A stretch of DNA of 64,000 nt from Candidatus Hydrogenedentota bacterium. Lineage in GTDB: Bacteria > Hydrogenedentota > Hydrogenedentia > Hydrogenedentales > SLHB01. Under the pieces are notes generated by a model. The model had not been told where the DNA came from, made no database searches, and worked only from the letters and a program-made list of their open reading frames with translations. The stretch lies in contig CAVUWV010000017.1 in the NCBI GenBank assembly GCA_963745075.1, forward strand, positions 123,947 to 187,946, written 5' to 3'. Made by a program: the position numbers and the translations under genes. Numbering within the stretch: the first letter of the stretch is position 1; each line of letters opens with the position of its first letter. Shown in pieces: positions 1-8,326 of this stretch.

Positions 1-390
1 GAACGGCGCAAGGATGCGGTGTCGCTCATGACAATTCACAGTGCAAAAGGGCTGGAGTTCCCCTTCGTCTTCGTGATGGGCGTGGAGGAAGGGCTACTGC
101 CGCACGACAAGTGCGTGGGCGAACGGGCCGTCGAAGAAGAGCGCCGTCTGTTTTACGTGGCACTGACACGCGGAAAGCGCCATGTGACGCTATTCGAAGC
201 CATCTCCCGCGTGCGCAACGGGCGGGAGCGCATGGCGTCGACCAGCCGCTTCGTCAAGGAGATTCCCGAGTCCCTGGTGAATCGTCACATCCGGGCCGCG
301 CACGACATGGTGCGTGCTCGCGTCGAGCCACCTGCGTTGAAGACGCGCCGCGGCAAGCCTAGGGCATCGACTCGCAGTCGAAAGCGATAA
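1..390 (+). CDS. UvrD/PcrA/Rep family ATP-dependent DNA helicase, C-terminal part (5' truncated by window)
   Basis: SF1A motif V (LMTIHSAKGLEFP) and motif VI (EEERRLFYVALTRG), then SRFVKEIP; frame is open from position 1. Confidence 0.93.
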   Translation, partial: ERRKDAVSLMTIHSAKGLEFPFVFVMGVEEGLLPHDKCVGERAVEEERRLFYVALTRGKRHVTLFEAISRVRNGRERMASTSRFVKEIPESLVNRHIRAAHDMVRARVEPPALKTRRGKPRASTRSRKR

Positions 391-427
391 AAAACAAACG
401 GACTGCGGCTTCACACCGCAGTCCGTT
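389..427 (-). terminator. Intrinsic terminator for the minus-strand peptide cluster (possibly bidirectional)
   Basis: 12-bp stem AACGGACTGCGG(397-408)/CCGCAGTCCGTT(416-427); the A-run at 389-394 gives a U-tract on the minus strand. Confidence 0.75.
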
Positions 428-481
428 CGAATCACCATTCAAGCGCCGGTCGAACCGGCGACTCTACTTTCGAATACCAGA

Positions 482-691
482 TTACTGGCCGTCAATGACG
501 CCGTTGCCGTTCCGGTCACCCAGCAGCCCTTCGGGCAGCAGGGTCCCGCCGAACAGCCAGCCCCACCACTTCTCCATGGTCAGGCCGATGACGACGACGA
601 TATCCGTCAAGCTCATGATGTCAAAATAGTTTCTCGGCACCTGATAGGCGGTAGCCGGAAGCGCCTTCGAAACGCGACCGATGTGCTTCAT
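482..691 (-). CDS. Small peptide P1 (69 aa), MKH..PxxA leader family
   Basis: SD AAGGAGGT upstream; MKHIGRVSKALPATA leader shared with neighbours; core has a hydrophobic stretch, WWGW and a C-terminal DRNGNGVID loop. Confidence 0.8.
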   Translation of the reverse strand: MKHIGRVSKALPATAYQVPRNYFDIMSLTDIVVVIGLTMEKWWGWLFGGTLLPEGLLGDRNGNGVIDGQ

Positions 692-815
692 GTTCCTTAA
701 ACCTCCTTAAGGTTTGTATCCCGGTTGAAACGCATTTACGAACCCCGCCGCCCCGCGAATGCGGGACGAACTTCAACCCTGGGGTGCCCATGCCGGGCGC
801 GAACCCGGTGGGCAG

Positions 816-974
816 TTACACGTCTCGGGGATCCAAGGAGCCGTTGGTGAACCAAAGCTGATTGATGTAGTTGGTCTTGGCACCAGTACCCTTCAGCTCA
901 CCGCCCTTACCGAACCAGCCGAACCACCAAGCGGTCACCGGCGCATTCTTCGATATCTTGCGAACGTGTTTCAT
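816..974 (-). CDS. Small peptide P2 (52 aa), MKH..PxxA leader family; not in the ORF track
   Basis: Hand translation MKHVRKISKNAPVTAWWFGWFGKGGELKGTGAKTNYINQLWFTNGSLDPRDV*; SD-like GAAAGGGT upstream; alternative ATG at 980. Confidence 0.78.
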   Translation of the reverse strand: MKHVRKISKNAPVTAWWFGWFGKGGELKGTGAKTNYINQLWFTNGSLDPRDV

Positions 975-1151
975 TGTCATTTACCCTTTCGCGAAACACT
1001 CCCATTGCACACAGGCATGGGTTGTTTTTTCCAATCCGTTGTCAATAGGAGCTTCGTTCGCGGAAGCCTTGGAATGGATAGATACCGGAGCTATCCCCTC
1101 CATCTCTCCTTCCGCTTTTACCCTCACGGGATTGTGTCATTGATTCGAATC

Positions 1152-1304
1152 CTAGCTCTGCAGCCAGTTATCGAATAACGCGACGAGCCAGTTCTGTTGC
1201 GCAGGACGCAACTTCAACGGCCCAAAAATGTTCTTCAATTCGACCCACGCGACCTGCTCGGCACGCACGGGCTTTTCGGTCGACAGCACCTTCACATGCT
1301 TCAT
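1152..1304 (-). CDS. Small peptide P3 (50 aa), MKH..PxxA leader family
   Basis: SD GGAGGTG before the ATG at 1304; MKHVKVLSTEKPVRAEQVAWVELKNIFGPLKLRPAQQNWLVALFDNWLQS*. Confidence 0.8.
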   Translation of the reverse strand: MKHVKVLSTEKPVRAEQVAWVELKNIFGPLKLRPAQQNWLVALFDNWLQS

Positions 1305-1468
1305 ATGGCGATTCACCTCCCTTCTCCTTCCGTCTTGTTGTTGGTTGGAAACCATTTCCCAATCCGCTTGGTCCAAACAATTGACCTGTCTGTACCCCTT
1401 ATTGTGAACGATTTGATCGCAATAAGCAACCCCTTGTGGGTGTCAACAACGGCGGGCACCGTATGTGC

Positions 1469-3040
1469 TTACTGCGCCCCGTTCAGCGAGATCCCCATCC
1501 CTCGCAAATAATCGAAGAGTGAGAGGTCCCCGGATTGCAGTATCCACCCGGAAATCATGTTGAGGAAATCGGTTCCGCTCTGACTGGAGAAGAGCTGATC
1601 CAACTCTTGGAAGAACCCGCCCAACTGGTCGATGCTCGTGACCAGGTCCGCCGTTTGTGACGTTAACTGATCGATTCCCTCAGGAGATTCAATTGTTGTG
1701 TAAAGCTGTTCAAGCACATCAATTGCGGCCGCCTGCATATCCAGTCCGGCCAATTGCTCCTGAGAAAGAGACGCCCCGGTCTCCACCTGCTGGCCCAACC
1801 GCTGTACGGCCTGCGCAATGTCTTGGGCGGTATTGTAATCCCCTACCGCCATATAGTCTTGGCCGTATTCTAGCAGATTCTTCCCTAGATCGCAAAGGAA
1901 ATTGTACTGATCCACTCCCGCTGTCAACGCGGATACGGCCTTGGCCTGATCGGCCGGAAGCCCGCTTGCCATAAGCGCTTCCGCCTTTGCCATCGCCGAC
2001 TCCAGCGAATAGGCGCTGGCCGTGGGCAGCGTCTGCGCGATCCGCAACGCTTCCAGCGCCCCGGCGAGGTCGTTCTGTTCCAGCCGAAGCTTCGCTTCCA
2101 GGTAGTAGGGCAAGGCGTTATTGGGATCGAGCGTATGGAGCGTCGGCACTTGTTCGAGGGCTTGCGTCTCCGATTCCGGCGTCGCGGTCTCGTCCAACGC
2201 TTTTGCCAATTCAAGCTGAGCGGGCGCGTTGTCTGGCACCTGCCCCACCACCGTCAACAACACTTGAGCCGCTTCTTCGCCCGTAAGCGATTCCGCCGCC
2301 CCCAACTTCACCTGAGGCGACGAATCCGGACTTCGAGCCAAGTCGATTGCCTCCTCTTTCTTGAGGCTGGCCCATTGCATCAGGCGGCTTATTCCCCGGC
2401 TGTCATTCGACGCGTCGCGCCGTGCCGCCAGGATTTCGTCCATCGTCGGCGTGTCCAGCGCAGGGCTTTCCGTAGCTTCCATCTCGCCCGAAGGCTGTCC
2501 GGACCGCGTCTCGTCGGGGATTCGTTTGCGCTTCTCATCAAACTGCTTGAGCCGAGTCGCGATCGTGGTGTCCAGTTGAGGCGTTGGCTCGATGGCGCGT
2601 TCTATCGGAGTCTTCTCCGGCGTAACCAATTGATTGCCGCCGCCGGGCACGTTCGCCGGCGTTGGAACTTCTTTGAACAGCACGTACCCCAGCAAGGCGA
2701 GAATCGCGGCCGCCGCCGCCGCTACACCCAACCAGGTCCGGCCACGCTCCCGCCGGCGCGCGCGTTCGGCATCGATGGACACAATCTTCTCGGGACGATT
2801 GGCCTGAGCTACGGTGTCCATGACGGATTCGACCAAGTCGACCTGAGGTGTCTTGGAGGCAAAGGCGCGGCCCATGGCATCCAAGTCCGCGTAAGCGGAC
2901 TGTAGCCACATGTGCTCCCGGCGATACGCGTCCGACGAAGCGATTTGCGCTTCCACGCGCCGCGCCTCCTCGGGGCTCAACTCGCCCTCCAGGAGAGCCA
3001 GTAGCTCTTCCTGGATCTTTTCCAGTTCCCCAGTGTTCAC
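1469..3040 (-). CDS. Putative anti-sigma factor: N-terminal anti-sigma-like domain, one TM helix, TPR-like exported domain
   Basis: LLALLEGELSPEEARRVEAQI (zf-HC2-like region lacking the Cys ligands); TM WLGVAAAAAAILALLGYVLF; TPR-like LDPNNALPYYLEA; overlaps the ECF stop. Confidence 0.75.
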   Translation of the reverse strand: MNTGELEKIQEELLALLEGELSPEEARRVEAQIASSDAYRREHMWLQSAYADLDAMGRAFASKTPQVDLVESVMDTVAQANRPEKIVSIDAERARRRERGRTWLGVAAAAAAILALLGYVLFKEVPTPANVPGGGNQLVTPEKTPIERAIEPTPQLDTTIATRLKQFDEKRKRIPDETRSGQPSGEMEATESPALDTPTMDEILAARRDASNDSRGISRLMQWASLKKEEAIDLARSPDSSPQVKLGAAESLTGEEAAQVLLTVVGQVPDNAPAQLELAKALDETATPESETQALEQVPTLHTLDPNNALPYYLEAKLRLEQNDLAGALEALRIAQTLPTASAYSLESAMAKAEALMASGLPADQAKAVSALTAGVDQYNFLCDLGKNLLEYGQDYMAVGDYNTAQDIAQAVQRLGQQVETGASLSQEQLAGLDMQAAAIDVLEQLYTTIESPEGIDQLTSQTADLVTSIDQLGGFFQELDQLFSSQSGTDFLNMISGWILQSGDLSLFDYLRGMGISLNGAQ

Positions 3041-3678
3041 AAATCGTCCTTTGCCGACTGATATACGTCCCGCAGCGACTTCAGGATGCGGTGCAGTCGG
3101 GTTCGCACCGCGCCCTCCGTGCTGCCGACGATTTCCGCAATATCGCGTGCCTGCATCCGTTCAAAGAACCGCAAGGTCACGATTTCCCTGGACTCATGAT
3201 CGAGCGAGGCCAGCGCTTCCGCCAACAACTCATAGCGCTCGGCCATCATGAGAAGCCCATCCGGCCCGTCTGCCGGCGACTGCAACACCTCGCCGGTCTC
3301 CTCCCGGGCGCTGCTCGCGTATTCCTCGAGGGATTCCATGGGTACCGCCTTCTTGCGCTTCAACTCGTTCAGACAAAGGTTGCGCGCGATGCACAGTACC
3401 CAGGGGCGAAACTTTCGACTCGCGTCGAACCGCGCCCGGGCCACATACACGCGGATGAACGTTTCCTGGGCCATTTCCCGGGCCCGTTCCACGTCCCGCA
3501 CGTAGTGGAGGCAGAATCTGAAAATGTCGTTCTGGTACCGGTGTACGAGCGTGCCCAGAGCGTCCGCCGTGCCCTCGCACAGGAGGACCATCAGCGCCTC
3601 ATCGGTTTGAGTGCTCGCGCTCAACCGGTAATCCATTGCCGGTAACGAGTTACGAGGGCCTTGCGGTTTCGTTGCCAC
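3037..3678 (-). CDS. ECF sigma-70 factor (start uncertain, possibly 3639)
   Basis: Region 2 (AREMAQETFIRVY...FRPWVLCIARNLCLN) and region 4 (REIVTLRFF...DIAEIVGSTEGAVRTRLHR). Confidence 0.92.
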   Translation of the reverse strand: MATKPQGPRNSLPAMDYRLSASTQTDEALMVLLCEGTADALGTLVHRYQNDIFRFCLHYVRDVERAREMAQETFIRVYVARARFDASRKFRPWVLCIARNLCLNELKRKKAVPMESLEEYASSAREETGEVLQSPADGPDGLLMMAERYELLAEALASLDHESREIVTLRFFERMQARDIAEIVGSTEGAVRTRLHRILKSLRDVYQSAKDDL

Positions 3679-3829
3679 GTTCCGGTCCCATCATTACTAC
3701 AGCCCATGCCATCAAACATCACAAGTGGTTGAGATCCCTGAGAATCGGCGATGCCGACCGTCCCTGCACCTCTCCAGTGTACGGCATTCCCGAGCACTTC
3801 GCCAACCTCCTCGGACACCGTGTCTCGCA

Positions 3830-4351
3830 TCATGGTGACTTCCGCCGCGGCGGTCTCGAGGCCGTAATCCGGTCTTCGACGGCTGCCGCCGCATCGAATA
3901 CGTTATCGGTCGCCAGTTGGCGCAGGTTGAGTTGGTCCGGTTCGCGCGCCATCGCTACCATTCGGTCCGCCGCGGCCAGCAAAGCCCCGAGGGCATCGCC
4001 CGAGGCCGGGGACGCCTGAATGCGACGTCGCACTTCGCTCGCGCGCGGTCCGAAGTAGTCCCGCGACCACAACTGAAAGTCGTCGCTCGGCGGGTTGCCT
4101 TCGTGCGAGGCCCGATCCAGATACTCTCGCATGAGATCGGTCAGGTTCTGAGAGAACCCCTGCAAAATCTCTTCTTCGGCCAGCGGCGTCGGCGCCGGAC
4201 GCACGAGCGGCGCCTCCCGCGCCAACGTCCACAACGTGGCGTGATACGCGAGTGTCATCATCAACAAACTACCGCCCAGCACCACGATGCCATACCGCAC
4301 CGTTCGCCCAATGCGATGGAAGATGGTGTTCCGCTGAGGCAGTTCCGGCAT
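3830..4351 (-). CDS. Hypothetical membrane-anchored helical protein
   Basis: 173-aa ORF with an N-terminal TM; co-oriented and 15 bp from the upstream gene. Confidence 0.6.
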   Translation of the reverse strand: MPELPQRNTIFHRIGRTVRYGIVVLGGSLLMMTLAYHATLWTLAREAPLVRPAPTPLAEEEILQGFSQNLTDLMREYLDRASHEGNPPSDDFQLWSRDYFGPRASEVRRRIQASPASGDALGALLAAADRMVAMAREPDQLNLRQLATDNVFDAAAAVEDRITASRPPRRKSP

Positions 4352-4366
4352 GGTGTTTGGTCCCGG

Positions 4367-5068
4367 TCAACGCAGCAGCATGCGCAAGTTGGCCGGTTTC
4401 GCCTGCCATGCTTCCGCGCGGTGAAAGTCCGGATATGCGCGTTCGATACGATTGAACTCCGCCGTGTGAATCCGGCGGCGGCCCGTGGCGCTTTCTTCGA
4501 TACCCAGATGGGCGTGCAACATCTCGTGATACACAATGTACCGGACAAAGAACTCGGGTACCCGTTCATTGTCGAGGTAGGGATGGATGCGGATCAAATG
4601 TTCCTCCACCGAATAGCTTCCAAATCGGATGGATCGCCGTCGCCCCGTGGTTGGCCGGCGGCCCCAGGTGATCGCCGCGTCGATAGCGCCGTCAAAATAT
4701 TGTGCGTTCACCTCGTCATACAACGTACGAAGATTGTATACCACGCCCTTCGTGCACAGTCGGCGCTGGATTCCGATTCGCCGGCGTATAAGATGGCGAT
4801 TCTCCCGGATGAACCGGTCGATCACCGCTCCGGACTTCCGGCACGACGGCTTCTTCAGCCACGCCGCCAGCGCCTGCACGACCGACGCATCCGCGCCCAG
4901 AAACATGTGGTGCATGCGCAACGCCACCACCCCCGATACCGGATGGTGTTTGACCGACATCACCGTGTGCGAATTGTCGGTGAGCACCACTTGAAGCCGC
5001 AGGCCGGAACGGCTCTCCAGCTCCTCATGAAGCGTCGAAGGATCGCGAAACGCAAATTCAAGTTGCAT
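4367..5068 (-). CDS. SprT-like/YgjP-like zinc metallopeptidase
   Basis: HEMLH zinc motif, FDGAIDAAITWG, GSY...IRIHPYLD and a downstream H (IHTAEF). Confidence 0.8.
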   Translation of the reverse strand: MQLEFAFRDPSTLHEELESRSGLRLQVVLTDNSHTVMSVKHHPVSGVVALRMHHMFLGADASVVQALAAWLKKPSCRKSGAVIDRFIRENRHLIRRRIGIQRRLCTKGVVYNLRTLYDEVNAQYFDGAIDAAITWGRRPTTGRRRSIRFGSYSVEEHLIRIHPYLDNERVPEFFVRYIVYHEMLHAHLGIEESATGRRRIHTAEFNRIERAYPDFHRAEAWQAKPANLRMLLR

Positions 5069-5296
5069 GGTGTCGAACGTACCGTAAAGAAACCCGACCT
5101 ATCCAGCGCGGCGCCCAACACACCAAAGATGTTGTGCCACGGCAAGAATCGTAGGCCACATCCTGTAGGGATTGCAATTGCGTAATCGCGCGAGTGGAAC
5201 GAACTGCGTGTCAGGTGGGCAAACTCACTTCTATTTAGGAAACTCGTGCATGTGACCTTGGCCCACTAGTCTCCACTTCGGGGCTTTGGTGAACAA

Positions 5297-5325
5297 TTGA
5301 CAAGGGTTTTTCCCTATGCTAGACT
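5297..5325 (+). promoter_or_regulatory. Sigma-70 promoter candidate
   Basis: TTGACA-N17-TAGACT with a TG extended -10. Confidence 0.65.
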
Positions 5326-5386
5326 GCCGATGCTCGCAAGCGGAAGCGTTGTATCTCTTTATAATGGAGAGGAGGGTCTCGTGGGA

Positions 5387-5764
5387 ATGTTCAAGAAATC
5401 CTGGGTGTCGTTTTTCGCGCTGGTGCTGGTGGCTGCGGTCGTGATTACGCCGTTGGCCGTCGTCGCGGAAAGCTATGACCCCGATCAGGAAATTCCCGCA
5501 CCGACCGGTTTCGAAAAGCGGCTGACCAAGCTGGGCCGGGGCCTGTCCAACGTATTGCTGGGCTGGGCGGAAATTCCGGTGACCTTCGATGAGAAACTCA
5601 AGGAAGGCAAGCCGCTGGGATACCTCGTCGGCGTGGTACCGGTACTCGGCACGACCCGCGCATTCCTCCGTACGGGTACGGGCGTGTTCGAGATGGTCAC
5701 GTTCCCGGTGTCCGACCTGGAAGTCAATTTCGAGCCGATCCTGGAGCCCGAGTACATCTTCTGA
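5387..5764 (+). CDS. Exosortase-system-associated protein (TIGR04073-like)
   Basis: Signal peptide, then KLGRGLSNVLLGWAEIP and RTGTGVFEMVTFP. Confidence 0.75.
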   Translation: MFKKSWVSFFALVLVAAVVITPLAVVAESYDPDQEIPAPTGFEKRLTKLGRGLSNVLLGWAEIPVTFDEKLKEGKPLGYLVGVVPVLGTTRAFLRTGTGVFEMVTFPVSDLEVNFEPILEPEYIF

Positions 5765-5775
5765 GGCCCGTTGCC

Positions 5776-6039
5776 ATGGATTGGAATCGCCAAGGCGCAG
5801 GACTCGTAAGTACCATCGAACTTCGTGACGGCCGCGAAGGGAAGGTCGTGCTGGTCGGATCGCGCGACAACCCAAAAGGGGCGATGCTTGTGCTCGCATC
5901 CCAAGCCTCGCAAGGCGCGCAGGCCGTGCCTCTCATAGAAGGCTCCCGATTCCTTCATCCCCGGCAAGTGGTCGAGATCCTTTGCGTGCAGGAGCGGGCT
6001 TTTGGAACGAGCGGACTGAATCCCGTCGAACTGCCGTGA
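5776..6039 (+). CDS. Hypothetical protein (87 aa)
   Basis: Fills the gap in the operon; its stop overlaps the next start (GTGA). Confidence 0.45.
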   Translation: MDWNRQGAGLVSTIELRDGREGKVVLVGSRDNPKGAMLVLASQASQGAQAVPLIEGSRFLHPRQVVEILCVQERAFGTSGLNPVELP

Positions 6040-6887
6040 CCGCCAACTACAACATCGATTCGCTCCTCGAAGAGATCGTCACTCTTCCCAGTCTTCCTGC
6101 GACCGTATCGCGAATCACCGAACTCGTTAACACGCCGGATTCCGCGCTGTCCGAAGTTGCGAAAGCCATTCAAACGGACCCCGCCCTTGCCATCAAAACC
6201 CTGCGTCTGGTCAACTCCGCCTACTACGGCTTGGCCCACAAAGTGACCTCCGTCGACCACGCGGTGGCGCTCCTGGGCATGAAGGTCATCAAGAACCTGG
6301 TGTTTACGGCGACTGTCTTCGACACCTTCAACAAAGGGACCGACGCGCTTTTGCGGCACAGTGTCAGTTGCGGTGTGGCCATGCGCATTCTCATCGCCGA
6401 AATCCCCGGCCACGCCGACATGGAGCCCGAGGAAGCTTTTGTGTTCGGCCTCCTGCACGATGTCGGGAAGATCATCCTCGAACAGTTCTTGGCGAAGGAA
6501 GTCGAGAGCGTGCAACTCCTCAGCCGAACCAACCAGATCCCGCTTTTCGAAGCGGAACGGCTGATCATCGGCGTGGACCATGCCGAGATCGGTAGCCGGC
6601 TCGCGCAACAGTGGGGGCTGTCCACCGAACTCGTAGGGGCCATCGCCGGGCACCACAATCTATCCGCCTGTCAATCGGACTCAGCCCGGTCCCTCGCCGC
6701 GACCATCGCGGTGGCGAATTTTATCTGCAACGCTAGTGGTATCGTTTCGTCGCCGAAAGCAGTGCTGCGCATTGCCGATGAGATGTGGGAAGTGTCAGCG
6801 ATTCCGGCGTCCGAGTATCCCCGCATCCTGGATCGTTTCTTCGAATCGCTCAGCAGCGTGGACGAACTCATCAGTATGGCATCCTGA
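6036..6887 (+). CDS. HDOD domain signal-transduction protein
   Basis: LPSLP...DPALAIKTLRLVNSAYYG, GLLHDVGKIIL, DHAEIG...W...IAGHH. Confidence 0.9.
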   Translation: MTANYNIDSLLEEIVTLPSLPATVSRITELVNTPDSALSEVAKAIQTDPALAIKTLRLVNSAYYGLAHKVTSVDHAVALLGMKVIKNLVFTATVFDTFNKGTDALLRHSVSCGVAMRILIAEIPGHADMEPEEAFVFGLLHDVGKIILEQFLAKEVESVQLLSRTNQIPLFEAERLIIGVDHAEIGSRLAQQWGLSTELVGAIAGHHNLSACQSDSARSLAATIAVANFICNASGIVSSPKAVLRIADEMWEVSAIPASEYPRILDRFFESLSSVDELISMAS

Positions 6888-6973
6888 CCGGCGGGCGCGT
6901 TCGCCCGAAACGCCCCGGATTGGTAGAATACCCGCCAAGCAACGACCCACAGGATGGATTCAAAACGGTATCC

Positions 6974-8050
6974 ATGCATCTCCTTAAACTGACCTGCGAA
7001 AACTTCCGCTGCCTGACGAACCTGTCGTTCGGCCCGCACTCGGGCGCAAACGTCATTTGCGGAGACAACGCGCAGGGAAAAACCTCCATTCTGGAGGCCA
7101 TTCTGTACTTGACGACATCCAAAAGCCACCGCACCAACGTGGAGCAGGAACTCGTGCGGCGCGGCGAAGCCGGATTTCGATTGAGCGCATCGGTGCGGCG
7201 GTGCGACCGGGAAGTTTCTTTAGAAGCCACGTGGTGGCAGGGCGCAAAGCGTATCCGGGTTAATGGGGTGAACCAGACCCGCGTCAGCGACCTGCTCGGG
7301 AAGATCAACGTTGTCTTTTTCTCCCCCGAGGACGTCGGGCTCGTCCGGGGGTCCGCATCGCTCAGGCGCACCTTCCTCGACATGGAACTGTCGCAATTGA
7401 GCCCGCGCTATTTGCACGCCCTGCAGCAGTACCGGCTCGTCGTGCGCCAACGCAACGAACTCCTGCGTCAACCGCGACCCGATGCCGCGGTGCTCGACGT
7501 GTGGGACGAGCAACTCGCCACCCATGGCGTTGTGCTCATGGATGAGCGCCGTCAGTTCGTCGAAGCCCTCGCGCCGAACGCTACTGCCGCGTACACGGCG
7601 ATCGCCGGTCACGAGCCCCTGGTGCTCACGTACCGCCCCGACGTGCGAGATGGCACGCCGTTCCTCGACGTGCTTGCCGCGTCCCGTGCCAACGACCTCC
7701 GCCAGGGCGTCACCACCCGGGGTCCTCATCGCGATGACATACTGTTTGCCGTCGATGAAAAAGCCGCCCGCCCCTTTGCCTCCCAAGGCCAACAGCGGAC
7801 CGCCGCACTCGCACTGAAACTCGCCGAACTGAAACTTATCCACACGCGCGTCGGGGAGTATCCCATCCTGCTGCTTGACGACGTGTTTTCTGAACTGGAC
7901 GCCAACCGGTCGCGCCGGCTGGTCGAGTCACTTCCCGCGAACGTCCAATGCATCATGACCACGACCGACCTCACCGACAAGGAAAGCCTGTTCCCGAAAG
8001 GCTGCGCGCGGTTTACCGTGAAGTCGGGAACGATCGACAGCGTCGTCTGA
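6974..8050 (+). CDS. recF: DNA replication/repair protein RecF
   Basis: ENFR, Walker A GDNAQGKTSILEAI, GPHRDD, ASQGQQR, PILLLDDVFSELD. Confidence 0.96.
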   Translation: MHLLKLTCENFRCLTNLSFGPHSGANVICGDNAQGKTSILEAILYLTTSKSHRTNVEQELVRRGEAGFRLSASVRRCDREVSLEATWWQGAKRIRVNGVNQTRVSDLLGKINVVFFSPEDVGLVRGSASLRRTFLDMELSQLSPRYLHALQQYRLVVRQRNELLRQPRPDAAVLDVWDEQLATHGVVLMDERRQFVEALAPNATAAYTAIAGHEPLVLTYRPDVRDGTPFLDVLAASRANDLRQGVTTRGPHRDDILFAVDEKAARPFASQGQQRTAALALKLAELKLIHTRVGEYPILLLDDVFSELDANRSRRLVESLPANVQCIMTTTDLTDKESLFPKGCARFTVKSGTIDSVV

Positions 8051-8093
8051 GATACCAGTCACGCCGCTGTTTGCAACACCACTCGAATCTTCG

Positions 8094-8131
8094 AAAGGGA
8101 AAGCCCCGGTCTCCTTGCGGAAAACCGGGGC
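8094..8131 (-). terminator. Intrinsic terminator after peptide P4
   Basis: Stem GCCCCGGT(8103-8110)/ACCGGGGC(8124-8131), followed on the minus strand by TTTCCCTTT. Confidence 0.6.
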
Positions 8132-8152
8132 CGCGATAAATCTGGACCAATT

Positions 8153-8326
8153 CTAATCGGCGCAGCTTCCGCCGCCCTTGGAACACTTGATGCAGTCCGC
8201 GAGACTTGGCACGCCGAAGAGGGGGTATTCGCCGGCCAGGAACCCCCTGAAGCAATCCCAAAGGTTGCTTCCGACAGCCAATGCCGGCAGCCGCTTCATC
8301 CTGGTAACACGCTTTACATGACTCAT
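8153..8326 (-). CDS. Small peptide P4 (57 aa), MxH..PxxA leader family, 4-Cys core
   Basis: SD GGAGGGAG before the ATG at 8326; MSHVKRVTRMKRLPALA|VGSNLWDCFRGFLAGEYPLFGVPSLADCIKCSKGGGSCAD*. Confidence 0.75.
   Translation of the reverse strand: MSHVKRVTRMKRLPALAVGSNLWDCFRGFLAGEYPLFGVPSLADCIKCSKGGGSCAD

Noticed and set aside
759..1178. Plus-strand ORFs 759-1178 and 871-1143
   Set aside because: They lie antisense to peptide P2 and its spacer, with no SD or recognisable motif; the minus-strand peptides explain the region better.
7836..7844. Perfect DnaA box TTATCCACA near recF/gyrB, suggesting oriC
   Set aside because: Single copy inside the recF coding sequence; no box cluster, AT-rich unwinding element or dnaA nearby.
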